Of a stretch of 64,000 nucleotides of DNA, positions 10,335-19,619 are shown in pieces; position 1 is the first letter of the stretch; each line of letters opens with the position of its first letter. A program made the translations under genes and the position numbers. The notes under the pieces are model-generated. The model had not been told where the DNA came from and did not search any database. It was given only the letters and a program-made list of their open reading frames with translations. This DNA is from Chloroflexota bacterium (lineage in GTDB: Bacteria > Chloroflexota > Dehalococcoidia > Lucifugimonadales > JADFKI01). The stretch spans positions 1-64,000 of the forward strand of contig JAQBUT010000013.1 of NCBI GenBank assembly GCA_027623195.1. The letters run 5' to 3'.

Positions 10335-10780
10335 AGGCTAACAAGATTCCTTCTTTGGACATCCCATCTGAGGTTGCAGGCTTTATCGCGTCGCACAGGG
10401 TGGCGCGACTGGCGACTGCCGATGCGGAGGGCGTGCCCCACGCCGTTCCGATCTGCTACGTCTTCGATGGTAAATGCATATACACGGCCCTGGACCTGAA
10501 GCCCAAGCGAGTCCAGGGTCGGGCTCTCAAACGGGTTCGCAACATCCTCCAAAACCCCAAAGTTTCTCTGGTCATCGACGACTACTCAGAGGATTGGTCC
10601 GAGTTGGCGTACGTTCAGTTACAGGGTAACGCCCATCTGGTTGACGACGGGCACGAGCAGAAATTAGCCGAGGCTTTGCTACGAGAAAAGTATCACCAGT
10701 ACGAGACACTATTGGAGTCGGGCTGTACGGTAATAAAGATCACACCCACGAACGTCGTTAGCTGGGGCCAGGCTCGTTAG
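10319..10780 (+). CDS. PPOX-class (split-barrel) probable F420-dependent oxidoreductase, Rv0121-like; start uncertain
   Basis: RVARLATAD..PHAVPICY..DLKPK..LKRVRNI..DDYSEDWSEL..KYHQY. Confidence 0.82.
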   Translation: MEGPLKANKIPSLDIPSEVAGFIASHRVARLATADAEGVPHAVPICYVFDGKCIYTALDLKPKRVQGRALKRVRNILQNPKVSLVIDDYSEDWSELAYVQLQGNAHLVDDGHEQKLAEALLREKYHQYETLLESGCTVIKITPTNVVSWGQAR

Positions 10781-11261
10781 GCCAACCGTCTTTTTTGCTT
10801 CGATACAGCCTGTAGATTCGAGGCTCCACCCTAGCCCACCACGGCGCGTCATCCGGCAAAAATCGATACTGTCCTGTGTACAGGTGTGGGGTTAGCTGTC
10901 GGCGACGAAAACGTTTTGATGCCCGGTACAGAACGAAGTAGGCCAGGGGGTGGCTCTGGTTGCCGATCTGGTCTACCAGCATGTGGCTCCCGTAGCCCAC
11001 AAGGGCGGCCAATAAGAGAGGGTGGTACCAGAATCCCAGCATGATGCCTATGCCGATAAGCACGAATTCCCAGGTGTGGAAGGGCCGTGTCATGTACCGC
11101 AGGAAGTGTCCGTCTCGAGGTTCCACGAAGTCCAAAACGTGATCAGCGTCGGTAAACACCCCGGTTAATATTGTTAATGGAATGGCTAGCGGCTCGTCTG
11201 TGGCAGCCCAAACAGCGATACCCAGGCCGCCTGCTATGACAGTGTGTGTTACAGGTCCCAG
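10758..11261 (-). CDS. Membrane-bound metal-dependent hydrolase (YdjM-like), probable CTG start
   Basis: Frame is open from 11261 (CTG after an in-frame TAG, SD GGGAG upstream): xGPVTHT..DADH..RPFHTWE..GYGSHMLVD. Confidence 0.75.
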   Translation of the reverse strand: MGPVTHTVIAGGLGIAVWAATDEPLAIPLTILTGVFTDADHVLDFVEPRDGHFLRYMTRPFHTWEFVLIGIGIMLGFWYHPLLLAALVGYGSHMLVDQIGNQSHPLAYFVLYRASKRFRRRQLTPHLYTGQYRFLPDDAPWWARVEPRIYRLYRSKKDGWPNEPGPS

Positions 11262-11337
11262 CTAAGCTCTCCCGCAGAATATCGGCTTGTCGGACCAGGC
11301 AAAGGAACAGCGTGTGGCAATATAGAGGGCCATTGCC

Positions 11338-11724
11338 TTACTCCTCGAACTCGTCCAGCCAGGCGCGTTTGAACACGCCGTAACGAGGCCCGTCCTTATC
11401 GCCCATGGGGACGATGTTCACCAGCTCCCAACCCTTGTCGCCCATGCGATTAAGCATGTGCTCGTTGTAGATCCTGGTCTGTTCAAGGATGTCGTCGTCG
11501 TTAGGCCCCTGGTCGTTTGCGTGACCCATCAGCTTGATCACCTCATACTCCCAGGTGGGCAAGCCTTCTATAGGGTCGAAGTCCTCGATGTAGTCCAGTT
11601 GGGTAACGTCTTCATCGGAAACGTCTGCCCAGCTGTCCTTGGGGATAGGCGCTTGGCACTCTAGACAGAGATCCGCATTGCCGAAGTCGTAGGCCCCGCA
11701 TTCGGAGCAGAAGTAAAGTTTCAT
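11338..11724 (-). CDS. Zinc-ribbon plus DUF4177-like small acidic protein
   Basis: CSEC..CLEC pair, then WEYEVI..LNRMGDKGWELV..FKR. Confidence 0.72.
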   Translation of the reverse strand: MKLYFCSECGAYDFGNADLCLECQAPIPKDSWADVSDEDVTQLDYIEDFDPIEGLPTWEYEVIKLMGHANDQGPNDDDILEQTRIYNEHMLNRMGDKGWELVNIVPMGDKDGPRYGVFKRAWLDEFEE

Positions 11725-11991
11725 AAGTTTGTTATCGGCGCTTTGACTATTAGCTATCTGGGGAATAAACCGGTTGAAGGACTGGGAAACAGTATTTAAT
11801 CCGTACCCTGGTATATTGCCTGTTTGGTTACTTCGATTATAGGTGGGTGTGAATGAATTCACAACGACAATTGAACCTTAGGGCAACTCGCTGTGGGACA
11901 GGTCCGAACTTATTTATGCCGTATCTTGGGACTTTGCGAGGCGGAGTTAGGCTAAATTGCTTAACGAAAAATGAGGGCATCGGCGCCCTTG

Positions 11992-13275
11992 TCAGGCCTC
12001 GCTGGCAGGCCTTGTTGGGGCAGGGGGAGGGGAGGCGGGCGTCCGCACTGTCATAAGACTAATGATAGCGACTATTGATAACGCTCCTGTCACTGAAAAT
12101 GCCAGGCCCCACCTTATGGCCTCTGGCGACAGGTCCAGGATCGCGCCAACGACGATGGGGCCGATCACGCCCCCGGTGAATCCCAAGAACGAATGCACCG
12201 CTAATGTGGAGCCGAGTTTGGAAGGCTCCGAGACCTCGGTTACGGCTGTGGAGTATATTGCCGAGTCTGCCGCTATGGCCCAACCGTATAACGCCGTCAG
12301 GCCTATGATGACCGGCCATGGGAAGCCAATGAGCCAGCCTATGGCGAAGGAGACCGCGCCGCTAAGGGCGAAGATAACTGAAGCGGAAGCCGCGCGTCCC
12401 CACCTGTCTGAGAGTATGCCGCCTACGACAGGCCCAGCCGCAGCAGTCGCCAGGGCAATGCCGCCCACGGTGGCTGCGGTGATGGCTGCTTCAGCACTGT
12501 CCACGCCTTTGGCAACCAGCACGACCACTAGAAATGCGGGCAGCCATACGCGAACGATGTAAAGCTCGGCGGCGTGCAGGGAGTAGCCCAGTATGAATAT
12601 ACGCGTTGCCCGATTTTTGAGGACCGAAAGGTCAAGCGCACCTGATGAGCCTCCGCCTTCCGGAGCCTTATGTGAGCGGAGCAGCAGGTAGGCCATAGGA
12701 ACACTCAATGCCGCCAGTAATGCCATGACCATGTAGGCGTCTCGCCACTCCAGATGCGCCATGAGTACGCCCGTGAGGGCTAGGGATACGCTGTTTGACG
12801 CATAAAAGAATGTAACGTACGTACCCACCGCCATGCCTCGCCCGTTGTTTGCAAAGCGCTCCGCCACGACACGCATACCTGGATTGTAGACGCCCACCAG
12901 TCCCAGACCTGCCAGCACGCGAAGCACTACAGCCGTCACCAGGTTGTCGGCGAATATCGGGAACAGGATATGGGATACCACTGAAATTGAGGCGAAACAT
13001 ATCAGTATATATTTGGAGCTGAACCTGTCGGTGAGAGGTAGTACGAACAGGGCCGACACGGCGAAGCCAGCCAGGTATGCTGAGAAGATGAAGCCAGCCT
13101 GGGTATTGTTCAGGCCCCACTCTTCTTTAATCAACGGCAGGGCGGCCACGTAGCTGGAGAAGGGAAAGAGCAGTACGAAGAGCATGCTGGACATCGCCAG
13201 CAACCAGGCCGCGTCTCTGGCCTGAATGCCACCCAGCCATCGTATTTCAGGAGTCGCTTTCGTTGCCTGCTCCAT
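11992..13275 (-). CDS. MFS transporter
   Basis: About 12 hydrophobic segments; LTDRFS and GILSDRWGR motif-A. Confidence 0.9.
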   Translation of the reverse strand: MEQATKATPEIRWLGGIQARDAAWLLAMSSMLFVLLFPFSSYVAALPLIKEEWGLNNTQAGFIFSAYLAGFAVSALFVLPLTDRFSSKYILICFASISVVSHILFPIFADNLVTAVVLRVLAGLGLVGVYNPGMRVVAERFANNGRGMAVGTYVTFFYASNSVSLALTGVLMAHLEWRDAYMVMALLAALSVPMAYLLLRSHKAPEGGGSSGALDLSVLKNRATRIFILGYSLHAAELYIVRVWLPAFLVVVLVAKGVDSAEAAITAATVGGIALATAAAGPVVGGILSDRWGRAASASVIFALSGAVSFAIGWLIGFPWPVIIGLTALYGWAIAADSAIYSTAVTEVSEPSKLGSTLAVHSFLGFTGGVIGPIVVGAILDLSPEAIRWGLAFSVTGALSIVAIISLMTVRTPASPPPAPTRPASEA

Positions 13276-13322
13276 TTACATCAGGTCTCCGTACGCCTGG
13301 GGTTGCGCGTGGCCCATCCTCA

Positions 13323-13970
13323 CTACCGAAGCAGCGATAGGAACTGCTTTGCCGCTAGTATCATGGCCTCGTCATCTGTCAGGCTCAGTACCTGTTCCAG
13401 GTCGGGCACAGCCTTCGTGGGGTCTTCAGACTGTAAGTACACCCGAGCCCTGAGCAGGTACAGTTCAGGGGTTTTAGGCGTCAACGAGATTGCAGTCGTA
13501 AGGTCGTTGGCGGACAGGCCAAGCTCGCCCGTTGTCAGGTATACACCAGCCCTATTCACGTACGGCTCGCGCAGGTTGGGATCCAGCTGAATGGCCCTCG
13601 TAAAATCTATCAGAGCGTTGTCTATATCCTTCCGCTCGACGAAAACCAGCCCCCGGTAGTTATAGACGATGGCCAACTGCGGGTCCAGCTTTATGGCCCT
13701 GCCCAGGTCTTCCAAGGCGAATCCCTCGTCTCCAAGCAGGTGGTATAGGAAGCCTCGTTCGGCGTAGGCCTCCGCCAAATTGGGGTCCAGCCGTATGGCC
13801 TCGGTAAGCTCGTCGTAGGCCCGCTTCATCAGGCCTTGACGACGCAAATCTACCCCGTGGTCCAGGGCGTCCAAGGCATCCAACTCGTCGGTGGTGACGG
13901 GCGTTCCGCCGCATGCCATGGCCAGCGCAAGGGCAACGGCGACCAGCGTAACGAAGAGAGCGTTGCTCAT
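13323..13970 (-). CDS. TPR-repeat lipoprotein
   Basis: Lipobox LAMAC; repeated AI.LDP..A.AY..RG units. Confidence 0.88.
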   Translation of the reverse strand: MSNALFVTLVAVALALAMACGGTPVTTDELDALDALDHGVDLRRQGLMKRAYDELTEAIRLDPNLAEAYAERGFLYHLLGDEGFALEDLGRAIKLDPQLAIVYNYRGLVFVERKDIDNALIDFTRAIQLDPNLREPYVNRAGVYLTTGELGLSANDLTTAISLTPKTPELYLLRARVYLQSEDPTKAVPDLEQVLSLTDDEAMILAAKQFLSLLR

Positions 13971-14024
13971 GGCATCATGTTAACAGAGGCCTGGGCGTGC
14001 AAGCGCTCTTTTTTATGCCAGGGA

Positions 14025-15581
14025 TTAACCCTTACCCTCACGAATCCAGTCCGCGACTCGCTCGGCGATCATAATGGTGGTGGCGTTGGTGTTTGCACGA
14101 ATCACGTCAGGCATTATGGACGCATCGACTACTCGCAAGCCCTCCATGCCGTGGACCCTGCCATACTGGTCCACAACGGCCATGGGGTCTGAAGCCGGCC
14201 CCATCTTGCATGTGCCGGAGGAGTGGTGCTGGGTGCCGACGTTCTCCATGATCCACTTGTCCAGGTCGGCGTCCGACTCCAGGATGTCCGTGGAAGGGGC
14301 TATGCGCTCGACAATCACGTCCTGGTATTCGGGACGCTCGGCGACATCTGCAGCCAGACGCAGCGCGCCTCGCATTCGTTCTCGATCCCAGGCATCGCTC
14401 AGGTAGTTGTAATTCAGCACGGGCTGGTCCCGGGGATCGCTGGACGCAAGACGCAGGGTTCCCGCCGTGACGGCCTTCTGTATTGCCACGCTGATGCCGG
14501 TGAACGTTCCCTCTTCGTCTCCGGCGAATCCAGGAGGACGATGCTCGCTGGTCATAAGCAGTGGGGACATCTGCATGTCGTTGCGGAACTTCGAGTTCGG
14601 CGTGGTGTACCGCATGCCTACCTGAATCGACGGCGTGAACGTATCCATGTCTTCCATAGTTGTCCTGAAAGGCATGAAGACCGCCGGGTGGTCCCTCAAG
14701 TTCTCTCCTATCCCGGGTAGCTCGTGTACAACGTCGATTCCTACGGATGCGAGGTGCTCTGCCGGGCCAACTCCGGACAGCATTAGCGTCTGGGGTGAGT
14801 TGATGGCTCCTGCGCTGAGTATGATCTCGCCCGCCTCAATGCGGAACGCCTCGCCTCCGCTCTCGGCCTCGATACCTACCGCCTTCTTGCCTTCGAAAAG
14901 TATTCGTCTGACCATCACGTCGCCTCGAATGGTCAGGTTCAGGCGGTGGCGCGCGGTGGTAAGGTAGGTCAACGCCGTGCTCATGCGTATGCCATCTATG
15001 TTGTTCAATGGCCGAGGGCTCAGGCCAGTGGCATCCGGATGGTTGGCGTCCATGGCCTCAGGGAAGCCCATGCCGATACATGCATTCCAAAAGGCCTGGG
15101 CCGAAGGGATCATGTCCTCTTTTTCGTAGCGACGCACCGGTATGGGACCGTCCCCGCCGTGGAAGTCGTCTGAGCCGAAGGTCAGGTCTGTCTCGCACTT
15201 TCGGAAATAAGGCAGGCAGTCCACGAAAGACCACTCGGTGTTTCCCAACTCTGCCCATTCGTCGTAGTCTTCCGGAATGCCTCTGAAGAAGACCTGTCCG
15301 TTTATCGAGCTTGAACCGCCAATCACCTTACCCCTGGGAATGATGATGGGCTCTCGTCCTTCCGTGGCCTGGGCTTCGTAATTCCAGGAGTGGGCATCGG
15401 GGCCGTACGCCGAAAACCAGGGGTTGTTGCCCTGCTTAACGTCCTCCGGCATATGATCGATGTCGGGGTAGTCCGGACCTGCCTCCAGCAGCAGAACGGA
15501 GCGCTCAGGGTCCTCGGTCAGGCGTGTTGCCAGCACAGACCCTGCGGAGCCGGCGCCAATGATGATGTAGTCGTACCGCAC
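14025..15581 (-). CDS. GMC family flavin oxidoreductase (choline dehydrogenase/MftG-like)
   Basis: IIGAGSAG, RGKVIGGSSSING, GENLRDH, HHSSGTCKMG, ANTNATTIMIAER. Confidence 0.92.
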   Translation of the reverse strand: MRYDYIIIGAGSAGSVLATRLTEDPERSVLLLEAGPDYPDIDHMPEDVKQGNNPWFSAYGPDAHSWNYEAQATEGREPIIIPRGKVIGGSSSINGQVFFRGIPEDYDEWAELGNTEWSFVDCLPYFRKCETDLTFGSDDFHGGDGPIPVRRYEKEDMIPSAQAFWNACIGMGFPEAMDANHPDATGLSPRPLNNIDGIRMSTALTYLTTARHRLNLTIRGDVMVRRILFEGKKAVGIEAESGGEAFRIEAGEIILSAGAINSPQTLMLSGVGPAEHLASVGIDVVHELPGIGENLRDHPAVFMPFRTTMEDMDTFTPSIQVGMRYTTPNSKFRNDMQMSPLLMTSEHRPPGFAGDEEGTFTGISVAIQKAVTAGTLRLASSDPRDQPVLNYNYLSDAWDRERMRGALRLAADVAERPEYQDVIVERIAPSTDILESDADLDKWIMENVGTQHHSSGTCKMGPASDPMAVVDQYGRVHGMEGLRVVDASIMPDVIRANTNATTIMIAERVADWIREGKG

Positions 15582-15716
15582 AATGCACCTCTTAAACGGG
15601 TTGGATTTGGCTGATTGTAAACGAATTGTCGATAGGCCACGGATGTCAGGTGTCGTTTGGAGGCTCGGCGTCCGTAAGGGTTGGTTTCACGCCATGGGCT
15701 GAGCCTCTTGCTTAGG

Positions 15717-16205
15717 CTAAATGAGCCCCCGCCAGTCGCTTAGGATCTGCTGGTCGTGAGGGAAGGGAAGGTCGTTTAATTCGTTAAGGGGGAACCATGC
15801 GGCTTCCTGGGCATCGTGACCGGCCTGCATGTTGCCCCCAGTGATGTGCGCCGAATACACCGCTAGGATCACAGGATTACCCTCCAACGAATACAGACCA
15901 ATAAACCTGTCCAGGTCTATATCCAGCCCGGTCTCTTCTTTGACTTCGCGGACTGCGGCACGTTCGACTACTTCTCCTCTGTCCACGTAACCCGACGGGA
16001 ATGCCCAACGCCCCATCTGTGGCTCTACACCGCGTTTGACCATGACAAGCCTTTCCCCGTCGGAGACCAGCACAGCCGCCACCACTTTGGGATCAAGGTA
16101 AACGACAAATTCGCAGGAAGGGCAGTATTGCCTGATCCTGCCTTCAATATGCTTTTCTGCCAACTCGGTGGGGCATCGCTGACAGTAGCCGATATTGCCT
16201 CGCAA
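15717..16205 (-). CDS. Nudix hydrolase with N-terminal zinc ribbon
   Basis: CQRC..CPSC; Nudix box GYVDRGEVVERAAVREVKEETGL; SD AGGAG before TTG. Confidence 0.9.
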   Translation of the reverse strand: MRGNIGYCQRCPTELAEKHIEGRIRQYCPSCEFVVYLDPKVVAAVLVSDGERLVMVKRGVEPQMGRWAFPSGYVDRGEVVERAAVREVKEETGLDIDLDRFIGLYSLEGNPVILAVYSAHITGGNMQAGHDAQEAAWFPLNELNDLPFPHDQQILSDWRGLI

Positions 16206-16356
16206 GTACGTCTCCTAAATCATCAAGCTCAGGCCACAATGCTATCCGCAGGCGCGGGAGTTGTCCATAAGGGGCATGTGGACGTTCCAAATAAACTGAC
16301 AGTCATAAACATTATGGACGAGGAGGAGAAGCCCTGGTTGTACGCTGGCTCCTTCA

Positions 16357-16386
16357 TTGACTGATGCCCGTGTCGGTAACTATAAT
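16357..16386 (+). promoter_or_regulatory. Sigma70-like promoter of the aldolase-cca operon
   Basis: TTGACT-18 nt-TATAAT, followed by SD AGGAGG and ATG at 16421. Confidence 0.7.
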
Positions 16387-16420
16387 GGCGGCGCTTATCA
16401 ACAGGAGGCAAACCACACAT

Positions 16421-17170
16421 ATGCGAGAAAATACAGCCAAACACAAGCTTGAGCGTGGCGAGACGGTAGTAGCCATATCAGGTCACAACTCATCTGATGT
16501 TGTCGACTTCCTGGGGCCTCTGGGATTCGATGCCATCTGGGTAGAGGGCGAGCACGGCCCCGTGGACTTCGCCGACATTCCCGATATCACCAGGGCCTGC
16601 GACCTTTGGGGCATGACTTCCGTTGTCCGGGTCAATCAGAATAACCCCGGCGTGATATACAGGACGTTCGATGTGGGCGCTCAGGGTGTGGTTATTCCTC
16701 ACGTGAATACGGTAGAAGAGGCTAGGGCAGTGGTAGATGCTGCCAAGTTTCATCCCATAGGCCAACGGGGAATGTTCGGCAACAGGCAGGGATACGGCGA
16801 CCCCGATTACTTCCACAAGGCCAACGATGAGACTCTGGTGGTGATCCTCATCGAGGACATCGTCGCGGTCAATAACCTGGCGGAAATCCTAACTGTCGAT
16901 AACATTGACGTATTCTTCGTCGCCCCCAGCGACCTTGCCCAAAGCATGGGCCACCTGGGAGGCGCTACCGAACCAGTCGTTCTTGAGACGATAGATAAGG
17001 CATTGGATCAGATTGTAGGGGCGGGCAGAACCGCCGGAGCGCTGGTGAACGACGCCAACGTTGAGCACTACATAAGCAAAGGCGTGCGCTTCATGATGAC
17101 CGGGTGGCCTGCATGGGTTAATTCCGGTGCGCAGACGTTCCAAGCCAAGGTGAAAGCGGCCACCGGGTAA
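16421..17170 (+). CDS. HpcH/HpaI aldolase family protein
   Basis: GFDAIWVEGEHG, DVGAQGVVIPHV, PIGQRG, ILIE, VAPSDL. Confidence 0.9.
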   Translation: MRENTAKHKLERGETVVAISGHNSSDVVDFLGPLGFDAIWVEGEHGPVDFADIPDITRACDLWGMTSVVRVNQNNPGVIYRTFDVGAQGVVIPHVNTVEEARAVVDAAKFHPIGQRGMFGNRQGYGDPDYFHKANDETLVVILIEDIVAVNNLAEILTVDNIDVFFVAPSDLAQSMGHLGGATEPVVLETIDKALDQIVGAGRTAGALVNDANVEHYISKGVRFMMTGWPAWVNSGAQTFQAKVKAATG

Positions 17171-17191
17171 TCCTCTCGACAGGCTGAAGAC

Positions 17192-18439
17192 GTGTCCAAC
17201 CTGGCCTCTATTCTGGAAAGCAGGCTCTCGTCCCAACGCCTTCGCTGGTTGCGGGCGTTGGCCGAGGCCAGTCGGAATAGGGCAACGGGCATATACATCG
17301 TCGGAGGCGTGGTTAGGGACCTTCTGCTGGATCGTCCTATTGTCGACATGGACATTTCGGTTTCAGGTCTGGACGAACAACTGGCCTCGGACATGGCGGA
17401 CGCCCTGGATGGTCGTGTTACGTCCCATTCCCAGTTCAACACCTTCAAGATAGAAATTGATTCCACTGTCATAGATGTCGCCATGACCAGGCAGGAGTCG
17501 TACGCCAATCCCGGGGCGCTGCCAGAAGTTCTGCCTGGCTCCTTGGAGCAGGACCTCGCCCGCAGAGATTTCTCAGTCAATGCCATGGCCGTAGACATCT
17601 CGTCAGACGCCTGGGGGGAGTTGCTCGACCCCTTCAACGGGCAAGGGGACCTGAATCGAAGCTTCATTAGAGTCCTCCACCCGAAGAGCTTTTCCGATGA
17701 CGCCACCCGTATATTCCGAGCCGTGCGGTACTCCCAAAGGCTGGGTTTCGCGCTGCAGGACGAGACTGCGATGTTACTGCAAAACAGCCTTGGCCGACTT
17801 GATGCCATCTCCGGCGACCGCATGCGACACGAATTCCAGAAGGTATTCGCAGAGGCCTGCGCGGGCCCAATTCTTTCGAGGCTAGACGAGCTTGGCGTAT
17901 TGGGTGTAGTTTTCGGCCCACTGGGACGACATTCTTCTTTACCCTGGCCGGACTGGCAGGCATCGGAAGGATTTTCAGAAAATCCACCAAACCCGGAAGA
18001 ACTGGTCTGGCTGTCCACCTTGGCTTGCGGGCTAACCCCTGGTGAGGCCGGCCTGTTTGCCCGGAGGCTTAACATGGATTCCAATTGGTCGACGGTGGTA
18101 CGGGATACAGTAGCAGTCGAGGGCCTTCTCGACGAATTGTGTTCACATGGCATCCTCAGAAGTCGCATTTACCAGATGCTTAATCAACTCCATCCTGCGG
18201 CCCTCCGGGGAGTTGCCGCCACGCATGACGGCAGCGCGGCTTCCGGTAATATTCACCTGTATCTTCAAGAGCTTCAGGGGATGCGCACAGAGTTGACAGG
18301 GCGAGACCTGATGGCTTTAGGAATCGATGAAGGTCCAGAAATCGGACGACTTCTGAATGCGCTGTTAGAGGCCCGCTTGGACGGCAGTATCGCCGACCGG
18401 CTAAGCGAAGAAGCCCTACTTAGACGGATGATTTCCTAA
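17192..18439 (+). CDS. cca: Class II tRNA nucleotidyltransferase (CCA- or A-adding type)
   Basis: IVGGVVRDLLL, DMD, DLARRDFSVNAM, DPFNGQGDL, DDATRIFRA. Confidence 0.85.
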   Translation: MSNLASILESRLSSQRLRWLRALAEASRNRATGIYIVGGVVRDLLLDRPIVDMDISVSGLDEQLASDMADALDGRVTSHSQFNTFKIEIDSTVIDVAMTRQESYANPGALPEVLPGSLEQDLARRDFSVNAMAVDISSDAWGELLDPFNGQGDLNRSFIRVLHPKSFSDDATRIFRAVRYSQRLGFALQDETAMLLQNSLGRLDAISGDRMRHEFQKVFAEACAGPILSRLDELGVLGVVFGPLGRHSSLPWPDWQASEGFSENPPNPEELVWLSTLACGLTPGEAGLFARRLNMDSNWSTVVRDTVAVEGLLDELCSHGILRSRIYQMLNQLHPAALRGVAATHDGSAASGNIHLYLQELQGMRTELTGRDLMALGIDEGPEIGRLLNALLEARLDGSIADRLSEEALLRRMIS

Positions 18440-18611
18440 GCCAACTGGTATCGCAGTAGGTATCTACACCCACGTTCCCCGTAATGCTTTACGTCTCAAG
18501 ATATTGTACCATATACCGTGTTTGCGGCTTACGATATTCGGCACAATATATAGGTATGAGCCATCGCCAGAGGTATCTTACACCGACGGCGCGAAGGGTT
18601 CAGGAGGGAAA

Positions 18612-19535
18612 ATGACAAGCGGTCAACAGGGATTCTCATCTAGCACAGCTGGTCTGGCTCTTGAAAAGCCGGCCAAAATACTGGTTGTCGATGATGAAGA
18701 CATCATTAGGGTTCTCCTTGACGAGATTTTGTCGGAGGAAGGCTATAAGGTCTACCAGGCCGAGGACGGCAGGGAGGCTGTTGCTCTTTTAGAAAAGGAT
18801 AGCTTCGATCTTATAATCAGCGACATGGTGATGCCTGAGGTCAGTGGTATAGAGGTTCTGCAGGCAGCATTCCGCATAGACCCTCATTATTCAGTCATCA
18901 TGATTACGGGGTACCCCTCTGTGGACACCGCCGTAAAATTAGTTAGCATGGGTGCCGCCGACTATATCACCAAGCCATTCAACGTCGACCTCATCAAGGT
19001 TACTGTTGCCAAAGTGCTCGCGATGAGGAAATTGGGCAACACATCGGGGGAGAACGACTCCGGCGACACCTTCGGACTGATCGACCCTGTTACAGGGGCG
19101 TACAATCTGCAGATGTTCTCCGGGCTACTAGATAACGAGGTCTCCAGGTCCCAATATAGGACGCATGAGATGTCACTTCTCTTGATGGAAATCGACAAGT
19201 TCGAGACCTACGTCGGCAAGGGCGGCGCGGCCGCCGGTGATCAGCTGACGCGAACGCTATGCAAGGTAATCAACGAACGGCGTCGGCCTGGCGATGTCCT
19301 GGGCCGCTCCGGATCATCCGAATTCGCCCTTCTGCTGCCAGAGACCGGCAGGGAAGAAGCCGAGGCACTAGGCCATCTGATTCGCAAGGGCGTCGAGTGG
19401 AACTTCACTATAAGCGCCGGCATCGCCAACTTCCCCAGGGACGCTCGCGAGCCGGAGCCAGTCTTCACCACCGCCAAGTCGGCCATGGAGGCCGCGAAGC
19501 AGCGCGGTGGCGATACAATTCTAATGCCTAAGTAG
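18612..19535 (+). CDS. Response regulator with degenerate GGDEF domain
   Basis: REC (VVDDE, SDMVMP, ITG, KPF). The GGDEF site reads GRSGSSEF. SD AGGAGG precedes the ATG at 18612. Confidence 0.85.
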   Translation: MTSGQQGFSSSTAGLALEKPAKILVVDDEDIIRVLLDEILSEEGYKVYQAEDGREAVALLEKDSFDLIISDMVMPEVSGIEVLQAAFRIDPHYSVIMITGYPSVDTAVKLVSMGAADYITKPFNVDLIKVTVAKVLAMRKLGNTSGENDSGDTFGLIDPVTGAYNLQMFSGLLDNEVSRSQYRTHEMSLLLMEIDKFETYVGKGGAAAGDQLTRTLCKVINERRRPGDVLGRSGSSEFALLLPETGREEAEALGHLIRKGVEWNFTISAGIANFPRDAREPEPVFTTAKSAMEAAKQRGGDTILMPK

Positions 19536-19619
19536 GTTTCCTTTCCCCCTGCCTCCGCAGAAAAAGTTAGGCCGGAGTCTCGACTAAGGTCGGACATTCG
19601 GCCCCTTGTTCTGATGACT

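Noticed and set aside
17068..18168. Long antisense ORFs (366 aa here; also 57946-58851, 22998-23789, 6009-6884)
   Set aside because: They are shadows of well-supported genes on the opposite strand in GC-rich DNA and contain no recognisable motifs.
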